Source: Bdellovibrionales bacterium (lineage in GTDB: Bacteria; Bdellovibrionota; Bdellovibrionia; Bdellovibrionales; UBA1609). Taken from it: DNA of 64,000 nt. The position numbers and the translations under genes are program-made. The stretch is taken from positions 608,001-672,000 of the forward strand of contig CBDHDF010000010.1 in NCBI GenBank assembly GCA_965261545.1, read 5' to 3'. The notes beneath the pieces were generated by a model that was not told where the DNA came from, did no database searches, and was given only the letters and a program-made list of their open reading frames with translations. Below are positions 10,337 through 20,820 of the stretch, in pieces (within the stretch, counting starts at the first letter, position 1; the number at the start of each line of letters is the position of its first letter).

Positions 10337-12832
10337 TTATTGATGCAAGGGTTCCCAGGTTTCTCTAGTCGAAGGTGTTTGTTTGGCTTTAATGCCTACC
10401 GGCTGGGTGAGGCAAGCCAAAGATTTTGCTTCTTTGGAGTAGAGTTTCTTATAGGTGTGAAAGTGACTTACAACTTTCTTAACATAATTTCTCGTCTCCA
10501 CAAAGGGAATATGCTCAATAAATTCATCTATATCTAATATTCCAAATTTGCCAATCCAATCCTCCACTCGATGGGGGCCGGCATTGTAGGCGGCTGCTGT
10601 CAAAGGGATGCTTCCTTTAAATTTGGTCAATAATCTTTTAAGATACCTTCCCCCCAAGCGAATATTCATTTTTGGTTCAAGAAGTTGGTTCTCGCGAAAA
10701 CTCTGGTGCTTCATCAATGAGGCGACTTTGCGAGCTGTATAGGGCATCAGTTGCATTAATCCTTTGGCTCCTACAGGTGAAATGGCCTGAATTCTGAAGA
10801 AAGTTTCAGCTCGCATGATAGACCAAATAAGCTCTGTGGGAATATCAAATTCCTTTGCCGTTGGATAAACAAGATTTTTATAGGCTTGTGGGTAGGCAGA
10901 AAACCATAGGGGCCCACTTCCTCCCTTGTTTCTTTCGCCTCTGAGATAGGTGGCACTAATGTAAGCCGATCTATGAAAAGATCCAATTTCTTCGTAAACT
11001 TTGACAAGCTTTTTTAGATAAGGTCTATGTTTGGTTCTTGTTTCAATTTCATAGAGTTCCCATCTGGCCCACTTCCACAGGCCCACCTTGGTTAAGCTCA
11101 AGGCTCGTTCAAACCTTTTTTGTAACTTATTTGGAGAGATCTTACCTTCACTGGGAGGTTGTATGGGAGATGAGGGTAGGGTTTCCATATTTACGGGGAG
11201 ACTTTGACCATTTTTCACCTTCGGGTTCACTTTGTGGTGGGAGATATAACTAGGGATGAGTTGGAATCTATAGTTGGCTGCCACAGAGTAAAAGCCTTTT
11301 GCATCATTATTTTGTGTGAGTTTTTGAAACAACTTATGGGCCTCTTTGTAATTCTTTAAGTGCATGTGGCTCATGGCAAGCCAATAGTTGATTCTTTCCA
11401 TGGGGTATTTTCTCCAAAGTCGTCGGTGTTGCTTTTTTTTCTTAAGAATATCGTTAAATTTTTTGATGGCTCCTTGGTGATCGCCCTTGAGGTATTGAAG
11501 CCAGGCCAGGTGGTATTGAGCATCTTGGCGTAGACCAGAGCGGCGGTGCACCCTTATGAATTCTTCAAATTTTTTTGTGGCTCCATCGTAGTCTTGAAAT
11601 TGATAGCTTAAGAAGGCTGCGCTGAAGAGAGCTTTTCTTCCCTGTTTTCCCTTTGGCTTAAGCTTATAGCCCTTGTAGTAGGTTCCTACAGCTGTGGGGT
11701 ACTGTCCCGCTTTGGACATGACCTTGGCAAGCAACATCAAGTAGTCAAAATCATTTTTTTTTGGCTCGTAGTACTTGAGAAGAATATTCATAGCTTTGTG
11801 AATATAGCCTTCATTGATAAAGAAATTGGCAAATATGGTGTCGACATCGTATTTTGCTTGAGGAGTTGTGGCTGTTTTTTGAAGTGCTTCAAGTTCTTCT
11901 TGAGCTCGCTTTGACTCTCCTGACCATTGCAGGCGGCGCACCCTCTGTGCTTGATCTTTAGAAGTGACGGTACAGCCAAGATTTTGGCCTTCATAGTTGG
12001 CTTTTTTCAGGTCGATATCCCAATCATAGATCAAGGCATGGGCTGGATATTTAATGTAGAGTTTTCGTGCCCATTGACAAGCAGTTTTTTTTTGTTTTCT
12101 TTCTTTTTCGATTTTGATGAGGCTCCAAAGAGCTTGGGGATGTTTGGGGGTGTTTTTCCATTTTCTTTCAATAAGGCGAAAATGTTTGCGAGCTATGGAC
12201 CATTGCTTTTTTTGGAGGGCGATCTGTCCTAGCCAAAAGTGGCTTTCATAGAGAATATTTGCTGTGGGTTTGGATGCAATGAGCGTCTGGAACTCTTGAG
12301 TGGCCACTTTGTAGTTTTGTCGTTTATAGGCTCTTTGACCCAGTAGGAAGTGATGATACGTTTTTCTTAGAGGGGATTTATCCTCTGCGATCCACTGGGG
12401 AATTTTCTCATAATGCCCTAATTCTTGGGAAACAAAGGCCATGGTAAAGGCTCGAAGATATCGATCTTCAGGACTTAAATCATGGGCTGGCATGTTTGTG
12501 AGTTCTTGAAAAGCTTCTTCCATGCCTGCTTGGGTGATGAGTTTTTGTACTTTAGAAAAGTTTTGGGAAGCACCTAGGCTGAAGCTTGGATTTATAAGGA
12601 GAACTCCAAGAAGTGTTCTCAGAAGAATTCTTGGAAGAATCCTAGAAAGAATTCTAGGAAGGTTGATTCCAAAGGAGGGCCAGGTCATACAATGATTGTA
12701 CTGCTCTATTTCCGTGAAATTAAGGCCAGATTTTTTTTGACATGCCCCTGCTCTGAATGAGTTGTTCTTCATACAGGGGTCGGTAAGATTAGAAAAAGAA
12801 GCTAGTTTGTAAGGGAAGATTATGTTAAACAC
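10337..12832 (-). CDS. TPR-containing soluble lytic transglycosylase; true start probably downstream (e.g. ATG 12688)
   Basis: TPR repeats plus SLT motifs IMRAE, GAKGLMQLMP, AAYNAG, ETRNYV. Confidence 0.88.
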   Translation of the reverse strand: MFNIIFPYKLASFSNLTDPCMKNNSFRAGACQKKSGLNFTEIEQYNHCMTWPSFGINLPRILSRILPRILLRTLLGVLLINPSFSLGASQNFSKVQKLITQAGMEEAFQELTNMPAHDLSPEDRYLRAFTMAFVSQELGHYEKIPQWIAEDKSPLRKTYHHFLLGQRAYKRQNYKVATQEFQTLIASKPTANILYESHFWLGQIALQKKQWSIARKHFRLIERKWKNTPKHPQALWSLIKIEKERKQKKTACQWARKLYIKYPAHALIYDWDIDLKKANYEGQNLGCTVTSKDQAQRVRRLQWSGESKRAQEELEALQKTATTPQAKYDVDTIFANFFINEGYIHKAMNILLKYYEPKKNDFDYLMLLAKVMSKAGQYPTAVGTYYKGYKLKPKGKQGRKALFSAAFLSYQFQDYDGATKKFEEFIRVHRRSGLRQDAQYHLAWLQYLKGDHQGAIKKFNDILKKKKQHRRLWRKYPMERINYWLAMSHMHLKNYKEAHKLFQKLTQNNDAKGFYSVAANYRFQLIPSYISHHKVNPKVKNGQSLPVNMETLPSSPIQPPSEGKISPNKLQKRFERALSLTKVGLWKWARWELYEIETRTKHRPYLKKLVKVYEEIGSFHRSAYISATYLRGERNKGGSGPLWFSAYPQAYKNLVYPTAKEFDIPTELIWSIMRAETFFRIQAISPVGAKGLMQLMPYTARKVASLMKHQSFRENQLLEPKMNIRLGGRYLKRLLTKFKGSIPLTAAAYNAGPHRVEDWIGKFGILDIDEFIEHIPFVETRNYVKKVVSHFHTYKKLYSKEAKSLACLTQPVGIKAKQTPSTRETWEPLHQ

Positions 12833-12949
12833 AGAATCTTGATTCTGTTCTTAAAGCAATTTATACGAACAAAGAAATTCATACGCATTTTTAAAAATAG
12901 GATATAAGACCGCTGAGGTCTTTAGAGGCCGAGGCCCTTAGTCATAATT

Positions 12950-14359
12950 ATGGTACGAGCAAAGACGATTTATATTTGTCAGCATTGTGGAGCCCAGCAC
13001 CCCAAGTGGGGGGGGCAGTGTGGTGAATGTCAGCAGTGGAACACTCTTGTGGAAGATGTGGCGGTGAAAGAAGTGAAAGGAGGAGGGCTTCGTGGCTGGA
13101 GCATTCAATCCAAGGAGTCTTCACAGCCCCGTGTGATTCCCCTCAATCGCCAAATCACGGAAGACAGCCCCCACGAAAGATGGAAGACAGGCTTGGACGA
13201 GTTGGATCGTGTTCTCGGTGGCGGGCTTGTTCCAGGAAGCTATATTCTCCTTGGGGGAGACCCCGGTATTGGCAAGAGCACTTTACTTTTGCAGATGGCG
13301 GGAGGACTTGCCAAGAACTCCTGTGAAACTCTCTATGTTTCTGGTGAGGAAAGTGTGAAGCAGACAGCTTTACGGGCAAAGAGGCTTGGAATTCTTTCTC
13401 CCCATGTGCAAGTGGCGGCAGAAAGTCGTTTGGATGTGATTCTGGAGCTTGCCAAGAAGCATAAGCCCCAAGTGTTTATCGTTGACTCCATTCAAACCGT
13501 GTATCTGCCTGATATGAACTCCGCTCCTGGGTCTGTGGCCCAGGTCAGGGAGTGCTCCAGTCAACTTATGGGACTGGCAAAGAGTTATAACGTGAGTATT
13601 TTTCTTATTGGTCATGTCACTAAGGAGGGGCATATTGCCGGCCCCAAAGTTTTGGAACACATGGTGGACACGGTTCTTTCTTTTGAGGGAGATTCGGGTC
13701 ATCAATTTAGATTGCTGCGCGCTTTGAAAAATAGGTTTGGTGCCACCAATGAGTTGGGGGTTTTTCAAATGGACACCCATGGTCTTCGCGAGGTTTCCAA
13801 CCCTTCGGAATTGTTTTTGGAGGAGCGAGGGCAGCAGCTTATTGGTTCGGCGGTTTATGCGGCCATGGAGGGAAGTCGTCCCCTTCTATGTGAGATTCAA
13901 GCCCTCAACATTGCAAGTCCCATGGCCATGCCACGGAGAACCTCACTGGGTTTTGACACCAATCGGGTTCACTTACTTGCCGCTGTTTTGGATAAACAAC
14001 TGGATTTAGAACTTGCCAAGTCCGATGTGTTTATCAATGTTGTTGGAGGGCTCAAAGTGACAGAGCCCTCCGCAGACCTTGCTGTGGCGGCAGCTCTTAT
14101 CTCAAGTGCAACATCTCAGGAAATTCATGCTGAAAGTTGTTGGTTTGGAGAGGTGGGTCTTACGGGAGAGGTGCGCGCAGCGAGCTTTAGTGAGGATCGA
14201 TTGCGAGAGTCAGAGAAGTTGGGTTTTAAATATTTTGTTATTCCCCACTCCAATAAAAAGCATTTAAAAAATTGGAAGTTCCGTCAAGGAACTGTGAAGT
14301 GGGTGCGCCATATTTCAGAACTTCCAGGTATTATTGATGGGCTCAAGTTGATTTCATAG
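12950..14359 (+). CDS. radA: DNA repair protein RadA/Sms
   Basis: CxxC..CxxC zinc finger, GGDPGIGKST, KNRFG. Confidence 0.97.
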   Translation: MVRAKTIYICQHCGAQHPKWGGQCGECQQWNTLVEDVAVKEVKGGGLRGWSIQSKESSQPRVIPLNRQITEDSPHERWKTGLDELDRVLGGGLVPGSYILLGGDPGIGKSTLLLQMAGGLAKNSCETLYVSGEESVKQTALRAKRLGILSPHVQVAAESRLDVILELAKKHKPQVFIVDSIQTVYLPDMNSAPGSVAQVRECSSQLMGLAKSYNVSIFLIGHVTKEGHIAGPKVLEHMVDTVLSFEGDSGHQFRLLRALKNRFGATNELGVFQMDTHGLREVSNPSELFLEERGQQLIGSAVYAAMEGSRPLLCEIQALNIASPMAMPRRTSLGFDTNRVHLLAAVLDKQLDLELAKSDVFINVVGGLKVTEPSADLAVAAALISSATSQEIHAESCWFGEVGLTGEVRAASFSEDRLRESEKLGFKYFVIPHSNKKHLKNWKFRQGTVKWVRHISELPGIIDGLKLIS

Positions 14360-14414
14360 GTAACAGAGATGGTATAGGTGTAAATAAGAAGGTCGCTCTG
14401 TCTATCTACTCCTA

Positions 14415-15530
14415 TCATTGTGATATAAGAACCACATTCCAGAGTTTGTTTTCACTAGAGGCTCCAACACAAAAGATCATATCTCTGCGAGAATGTCCTA
14501 TATTCTGACTGAGATAACACATTGTTTTAAGTAGTGACGTCAAGTTTTTACCTAAAGAAGCTATTTTGAAAAAGCCGTCCTGAGGTTGATTGGGACTATC
14601 AAAAATAATAGGAAAAAAATTTCCAGTTTCTCCACTTTCTAAATCCACAATGGATTGTGCAACCCCATTAGTAAGACCTAGGGTGTTACTCACATTCAAT
14701 TGAATGGGGACAGTCACGCCCTTTCTCTCATCTATAATGGCACCTAGATAAGAACCTTCGAGGTCACGAAGAGTTATCGAGTTGATCGGGCTGGCTAATA
14801 GAACACCTTTTTTATTGTCTTTTACAAGACCTATTCCAGAAGTTGTTAAAAAAGCAGTGGCTTTGTTAGGAAGGGACAGCAAACCATTGGAGCAGGAATT
14901 CATATTTATAGTCTCGTTGGTTCCCGTGATACGATGATCAGACAGTCTGTATTTAAAACGGTGTGTGAAACTCTCTGTGGCAGAAGAATAGTCCATAAGC
15001 CCGTAACTACTAAGGTTTAAAGTGCTTCTTGATTTGGCGGTAGCTGTTGCTCTTGCTAATATCCAATTAAATGTGACCTCAGTCTCCGGACAAGTATCTT
15101 CAGCTATCATAGGAACAAGGACAGCGCCTGATAGGCTCATAAAAAAAAGATCTCCTGGAAGCTCTAAGCCATAGATGACTCTTCCCTCAGGGAGGGCATT
15201 GGGTCCTGAAGATGATGTTACAGTAAAGCCTAGAAACCCCGAACTAAGTTTTTGGTGGGTTCCCTCAGCAGTCAAAGAAGCAGGAGAGTTGGTGTTAGCT
15301 CTCGCCTCAAGAATAAAAGTGTTATTATCTTGAATGTGAATATTATAAATCAGATCTTCTGTCGCTCCTCTGTACTTGCCGCGGAGATTCTCTGGAACAT
15401 TTTCTTCTACACTTTCTTTTGTAAGTTCATTGTCATTTTGGCCACAGCCAATTAATAGAGGGACCATCATTAATGAACTTGCTATCAATGAGCTTGCTAC
15501 ACAAGATTTAAATTTTAGGTATATATTCAT
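14415..15530 (-). CDS. Hypothetical lipoprotein
   Basis: Signal peptide ending in the lipobox LLIG-C; 371 aa; no family recognised. Confidence 0.7.
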   Translation of the reverse strand: MNIYLKFKSCVASSLIASSLMMVPLLIGCGQNDNELTKESVEENVPENLRGKYRGATEDLIYNIHIQDNNTFILEARANTNSPASLTAEGTHQKLSSGFLGFTVTSSSGPNALPEGRVIYGLELPGDLFFMSLSGAVLVPMIAEDTCPETEVTFNWILARATATAKSRSTLNLSSYGLMDYSSATESFTHRFKYRLSDHRITGTNETINMNSCSNGLLSLPNKATAFLTTSGIGLVKDNKKGVLLASPINSITLRDLEGSYLGAIIDERKGVTVPIQLNVSNTLGLTNGVAQSIVDLESGETGNFFPIIFDSPNQPQDGFFKIASLGKNLTSLLKTMCYLSQNIGHSRRDMIFCVGASSENKLWNVVLISQ

Positions 15531-15647
15531 ATTTGTAATCCTCCGTTTTATTTTCTATTCATTTCATTTCCATTCAAAAGCATATGTTGTAATTTTTGAT
15601 AAAACAAGTCTAGAATTTCTATCAGTGGATTCAACATTCGATTTGTC
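15458..15647 (+). repeat. Left copy of the ~190-bp target-site duplication of the IS1634 element
   Basis: Identical to 20821-21010; abuts the left inverted repeat. Confidence 0.95.
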
Positions 15648-15826
15648 CCGAGTTTGACAGCAGCATCTGCGTTAAAATGCGAAATTTCCAGAAATTGGGG
15701 TTGTACTGAAATATAATGGTAGCTGCTGGAAAAATTAAAATTGACGCAAAAAAAGTGTAGAAAACAAAATAGGATTTTATCGTTTTAAATATTGATATAT
15801 CATAGAAATATGTAGAAAATATCCTC

Positions 15827-17425
15827 ATGTACATCCAAACGACTAAAAACTCAAAAGGTCAGTGCTACTACCACCTTGTGGAGTCCTACAGAGAAAAAGG
15901 CAAATCCAAAAAACGCATGCTCATGTCCTTAGGTAAGGCTGGAGAAGGAGGAGAGGATAAGATTAATAGTTTGGCGCAGGCCGTATCTCGCCACCGAGAG
16001 CTTCTCACTGTGAGTCAATTGGCTAAGGAGCTTTACATCGAAGAGACTTTCATTTTGGGTCCCTTGCTGATTTTACAAAAGTTGTTTGATCAACTGGGTA
16101 TCAATAAGACCCTCAAAGACATAAAAGATTCTCATGAGAAAGTTCAATTTGATTTATGTAAGGTGATTTTTACCTTAGTTGCCAGCCGATTTATTGCTCC
16201 TAGTTCCAAGTTAAAGGTTTTTGAGTATTGGCAAAAATCTTTTTACCCAGACATGATTAAGGGTGATTTGAGTCTCCAGCATATTTATCGGTCTATGGAC
16301 TTACTTGCCTCCCATAAGGATGAAATAGAGAACTCGCTTTATTGGGTGGGGCGAGATTTATTTAATTTCCAAGTAGACATTGTGTTGTATGATTTAACAA
16401 CCTTACGCTTCGAGAGTACAAGAACAGACTTAGGGAAACTTCGTCAATTTGGCTATAGTAAAGAGAGACGATCAGACTGCACCCAAGTTGTCTTTGGTTT
16501 GTTGGTGAATCGGGATGGCATCCCTTTAGGTTTTGAGGTTTTCCCTGGTAATACTTTTGAAGGCAAGACGCTTTCAGATATTGTTGATAAAATGAGAAAA
16601 AAGTTTAATGTACGCCGTTTCATTTTTGTGGCTGATAGGGGGCTTTTATCAAAGGCTAATACTGACAAACTCAGTGAGGATCAAAGCGAGTTTATTGTTG
16701 GTATGAAGCTTGGATCTTTAAAAAAAGAAAAGAAACAAGAGGTCTATGATTTAAATCGTTTTAGCTGGGTATATGAGAATGAGCTTGCTGTTTACGAAAC
16801 AGACCATGGGGGGCATAGATGTATTGTGACTTGGTCTAGGAAAAGAGCAGAGAGAGATAAAAAATCTAGAGAATCCCTTCTTGAAAAGATCGAAGGAAAA
16901 CTATCTTCTAAAGGTGTTCAGTCTAGTACTTTTGTTTCCAATAAAGGTTATAAGAAATATGTAAAGATGGCTGACGACAAAAATAAAAAACCTGAATTAA
17001 ATGCAGAACAAATAGAATTAGATGAAAAAATTGATGGTTTTTTTGCCGTCCTTACAAATGTCAAAGACTTGACGGCAGATGAGATTATTATCAACTACAA
17101 AGAATTGTGGAAAATTGAAGATGCTTTTGGTGAGTTAAAAGGGACTTTGAAAACACGTCCTGTTTTCCATTGGACAGACCAGAGGATTATTGGACATTTA
17201 ACTCTATGCGTTTTAACTTATCTTTGTGAGGCCCACCTTACAAAATGTTTAAGAGATAAGAAGATGAACCTAAAAAGCCCAGCCATAGGCATTGGTCATG
17301 TTAAAGAGCGACCTTTAACTGTTGTAGAGGCCATGAGGGAACTCAAGGAAGTTAGGGCTATCCCTGTTAAAATTCGTGATCAAGTCATTTGGACCCGCAC
17401 AGATATCACTGGCAATGCCAACTGA
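15827..17425 (+). pseudogene. IS1634 transposase, interrupted near its C-terminus; the remainder SLFKAAGVPIPPRILNAHKCG* lies at 19257-19316 and 20745-20750
   Basis: YDLTT, GYSKERRSD, FVADRG, YKELWKIEDAF, RPVFHW. The frame is restored when the IS256 and IS4 elements are removed. Confidence 0.9.
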
Positions 17426-17496
17426 GCCTGTAAACTATTTTGTGTAACTGCCGAATCATATTAGGATGAACTATCATCCTGAAAGGAGAAGGCAGA

Positions 17497-18699
17497 ATGG
17501 ATATCAAGACAATAGGCAAGGAACTAGCGAAGAACGTCAAGACCCAAAAGGATTTATCCGACATAACGGGTCAACTGATGAAGGTTGTTTTAGAGACAGC
17601 TCTTAATGCGGAAATGGACGATCACCTAGGTTATGAGAGGCATGAGAAGTCTGAGACCCGCAAATCCAACACTCGCAATGGTTACAGTAGAAAGACCATA
17701 AAGGGAGAGAAAGGCGAGGTGGAGCTTCAGGTCCCCCGTGACCGAAGTGCCTCCTTTGAGCCCCAAGTCATTCCCAAAGGCAAGACTCGTCTTGAGGGCT
17801 TTGAAGACAGTATTCTGACCCTCTATGCGAGGGGAATGACGACCAGGGATATTCAAGGAGCTATCAAAGACCTCTACCATGGTGCAGAGATATCCCACTC
17901 AGTGATAGCCAACGTGACGGATGCTGTTATTGATGAAGTTACGGCTTGGCAGAACCGCCCCTTGGATAGCACTTACCCTATCGTATTTTTGGACTGTATC
18001 GTGGTGAAGGTCCATCAAGACAAGAGAGTTATTAATAAGGCGATTTACCTAGCTCTTGGTATTACAGAGGAGGGTCAGAAAGACTTGTTGGGCCTATGGA
18101 TTTCTGAAAATGAGGGTTCAAAGTTTTGGTTGAGTGTTTTGACTGAGCTGCAAAATCGAGGGTTGAAAGACGTATTTATATTTTCTGTAGATGGTCTTAC
18201 AGGTTTTCCTCAAGCCATTTCAGCGGCTTTTCCCAAGTCTAAAGTGCAACTGTGCATTGTCCATATGGTCCGCAATTCCCTTCGCTATGTCCCTTCCAAG
18301 GATATGAAAGCTGTCGCCCAAGACCTCAAGTCCATTTATGGCTCTACGACTCTGACAGAAGCTGAAAAGGCCCTTGAGGAATTTTGTACCAAGTGGTCTT
18401 CAAAGTATCCGAATATTGAAAAGTCTTGGCGTAGGAATTGGGACAATCTCATCACTATTTTCGATTATCCGGATGAAATCAGAAAGATTTTTTATACCAC
18501 AAACGCCATAGAGTCGTTAAATAGCGTGATCCGCAAGGCGATCAGAAATCGTAAGATATTTCCCAGTGATCGGTCGGCTTTAAAAGTTGTATATTTAGCG
18601 ATAAAAATGGCCTCTAAGCGATGGACACGACCATTACACAACTGGAAGCCAGCCATGAACAGGTTTGCCATTGAATACGGTGACCGTTTTGACAACTAA
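17497..18699 (+). CDS. IS256-family (Mutator-like) transposase
   Basis: RNGY, VPRDR, FLDC, DGLTGF, QLCIVH, TTNAIESLN; GGAG ribosome-binding site. Confidence 0.96.
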   Translation: MDIKTIGKELAKNVKTQKDLSDITGQLMKVVLETALNAEMDDHLGYERHEKSETRKSNTRNGYSRKTIKGEKGEVELQVPRDRSASFEPQVIPKGKTRLEGFEDSILTLYARGMTTRDIQGAIKDLYHGAEISHSVIANVTDAVIDEVTAWQNRPLDSTYPIVFLDCIVVKVHQDKRVINKAIYLALGITEEGQKDLLGLWISENEGSKFWLSVLTELQNRGLKDVFIFSVDGLTGFPQAISAAFPKSKVQLCIVHMVRNSLRYVPSKDMKAVAQDLKSIYGSTTLTEAEKALEEFCTKWSSKYPNIEKSWRRNWDNLITIFDYPDEIRKIFYTTNAIESLNSVIRKAIRNRKIFPSDRSALKVVYLAIKMASKRWTRPLHNWKPAMNRFAIEYGDRFDN

Positions 18700-18793
18700 G
18701 TTTTTTAATAAGGTCCACCACCTGCCTTATAAGGGGGCTTAAAAGCCCCTCTAAGGCGTTGACAGAAGTACTGGAATACCGAGACTATGGTTA

Positions 18794-18986
18794 GGGTAAT
18801 ATAGTATGGGAACCTAAATACATGCCCTCTTGGTGCAGATTTGGGTTTCCATTTTTTTTCATGTTTCATCCCAATGCTGGTATTTCTCGAATATCCCAAG
18901 TTAAAAAAAATAAAAAAAAGGGGGTAATATAGTATGGGAACCTAAACACATGAACCCTTTGATGAGATTGGAATTTCCATTTTTTT
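18794..18986 (+). repeat. Two ~65-bp hairpin+U-tract units (18794-18859, 18922-18986) in the IS256 3' tail
   Basis: Shared 31-nt head GGGTAATATAGTATGGGAACCTAAA(T/C)ACATG and shared tail TTTCCATTTTTTT. Confidence 0.8.
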
Positions 18987-19316
18987 GAGAGAGCTATTGC
19001 TGATTTTTTTCCAATCAAGATGATAATTATTTATTTGAGTTCTTTCCAGTTCTGATATGATCCCATTACGGCTCCATCTCCCCATTAAATTATAATGCAT
19101 TGTGACTGACAAAATCGCTTGAAGGAAAAAATGTCAATTATACATTGACGAATAATATGGGGCTGTGCTTTTTACTAGGAGTGGAGCCACATAAGTGGCT
19201 TTAAGATTTAAGAAAAAAATTGCAGTTACACAATTATTTTTACAGTCCCTGCCAACTCCTTATTTAAAGCCGCAGGCGTCCCCATCCCTCCCAGAATCCT
19301 TAATGCCCACAAGTGT

Positions 19317-20733
19317 CAATGCCGTTTCCTTAAGCCACCACACCCCTCTGCCTCTGCGTTAAGCTATTTCTTTTAAAAGAACTCCCAGCCCTTTTGATAG
19401 ACCTTTCATAGCTTCTTTTGAAGTGCCTCCTCTTCTCCATTGAAATCTTCATCAGCAACTTTATCTGCTTCCTAAATTTCTGATAGAGCCCCGCAACAAA
19501 AAGGGGGATGCTATCCATTATGAAATCAAGAATCAGTTTAAAGTTAGGTTTTTTGTAGTCATTTTTTACCAACTGATTCACACTGTCTTCATCCTCATTT
19601 ATGCTCATTTGAATCTTTGTATAATTGAAGAGCCAAAAATAAGAATACAGCTCTTGCAATATTCCATTAAGGCTTGTTGAGTGCCACTGCTCCATTTTCA
19701 TTGTCGATGTAAAATCACGAAATGTCGTTTCTATTTCCCAACGACGAGAGTAAAGAGCAACCATATCCTTCTTGTCCAAGGAGCCATGCGGAAGATTAGT
19801 GGCCAAAACAGAGAACTCCCCAGTCTTTGGGTTTTTATACTTATAGAGATGAATGACCACCCCCTCAATAACCATTTGTGAATACCAACCTGGGCCATTA
19901 AATAAATTTACGATGGGGATAAAAGTAGAGCCTCGCTTACAACGCGCAATAAAGAAGTTACTGGCTTGAGCATGGGCCTTAATAATCTCTGTAGATAAAT
20001 AAAGCCTATCGTAGAGAGTTATGCTATTACTCTCAAAACTACCTATCATTTGAATAGCATTGGCGATTTCGTTGAGAGCGGGAGAATAGCAAAGATTCTT
20101 TGTCACACCCGATAAAACGTCATAAGCATGAGATAGATACATACGTAAGAAATGAGTTTCCATCTCATTTGGGCAAGGGTACCCACAATAACCCTCCTTT
20201 AAAAGATCTTTAGAGCGAGGAAGTGCTAATTGGTCGCCATCTATGGCATAGATATAAAAGCCATGAAACGTTTTTCTCAATGGTTCGTAGTCTGTAATCA
20301 GAGATTCAAAGATATTTTTAAAAAATAGGTAAGAAATACTTTGACGTATCTTGCTGAGACTGCTTTTGACTGGCATGAGAAGCAGGTCACCAAAATGAGT
20401 CCATACCGTCTTAAGAGCGATTTGGTAGCCTTCGTAATTTGTTCCGGAAATAAGATAGATAATAGTAAAAAAGAAAATTTGAGGATTAAATTTTCGATTC
20501 CTTTTTTGTTTTTCTGGATCGACAAGGTGCTCTGGCTTGAAGGAAGAATCAAGTTTTGGTAGAATAAAATGGTCATCTGTGACGCGAACTCGTCATTTGG
20601 GGGCTTTCGAGATCAATATTGGATTGCATGTGACTTACTCCTTGGTTGAGGGTTGGGTGTAAAATAAAACAAGTCTTATTCTTGTCGATTTATCTAATAA
20701 TTTCAAGAGATTTTTCTTAAGGAAACGGCATTG
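19317..20733 (-). mobile_element. IS4-family element, 1417 bp
   Basis: Perfect 18-bp IR CAATGCCGTTTCCTTAAG; 11-bp TSD CCCACAAGTGT at 19306-19316 and 20734-20744. Confidence 0.94.
19330..20629 (-). pseudogene. IS4 transposase with an apparent +1 frameshift near its 5' end (about 20573-20595)
   Basis: DDE motifs YAIDG, LYDRLY and YSRRWEIETTFRDF. The ATG at 20629, which has an AAGGAG RBS, stops after 18 codons; the main frame is open from about 20592 but has no start codon until 20376. Confidence 0.8.
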
Positions 20734-20820
20734 CCCACAAGTGTGGATAAACAAAATACAACTGTATGCGTTAATCCTTTAATATCATTCGTTTGACGCA
20801 GATGCTGCTGTCAAACTCGG

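Larger units (their letters stand above)
17424..19249 (+). mobile_element. IS256-family element, 1826 bp
   Basis: Imperfect 28-bp IRs (GAGCCTGTAAACTATTTTGTGTAACTGC / GGGACTGTAAAAATAATTGTGTAACTGC); 8-bp TSD TGCCAACT at 17416-17423 and 19250-19257. Confidence 0.93.
15648..20820 (+). mobile_element. IS1634-family element (about 1911 bp when reconstructed) carrying nested IS256 and IS4 elements
   Basis: 25-bp perfect terminal IR CCGAGTTTGACAGCAGCATCTGCGT (ends ambiguous by 1 bp), IS1634-type transposase, long flanking direct repeat. Confidence 0.92.

Noticed and set aside
18794..18986. CRISPR mini-array
   Set aside because: Only two units, a 128-bp period, similarity extending into the supposed spacer, and no cas genes in the window.
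7112..20750. Perfect DnaA boxes at 7112-7120, 8529-8537 and 20742-20750
   Set aside because: Isolated and far apart; two lie in coding or IS sequence; compatible with chance.
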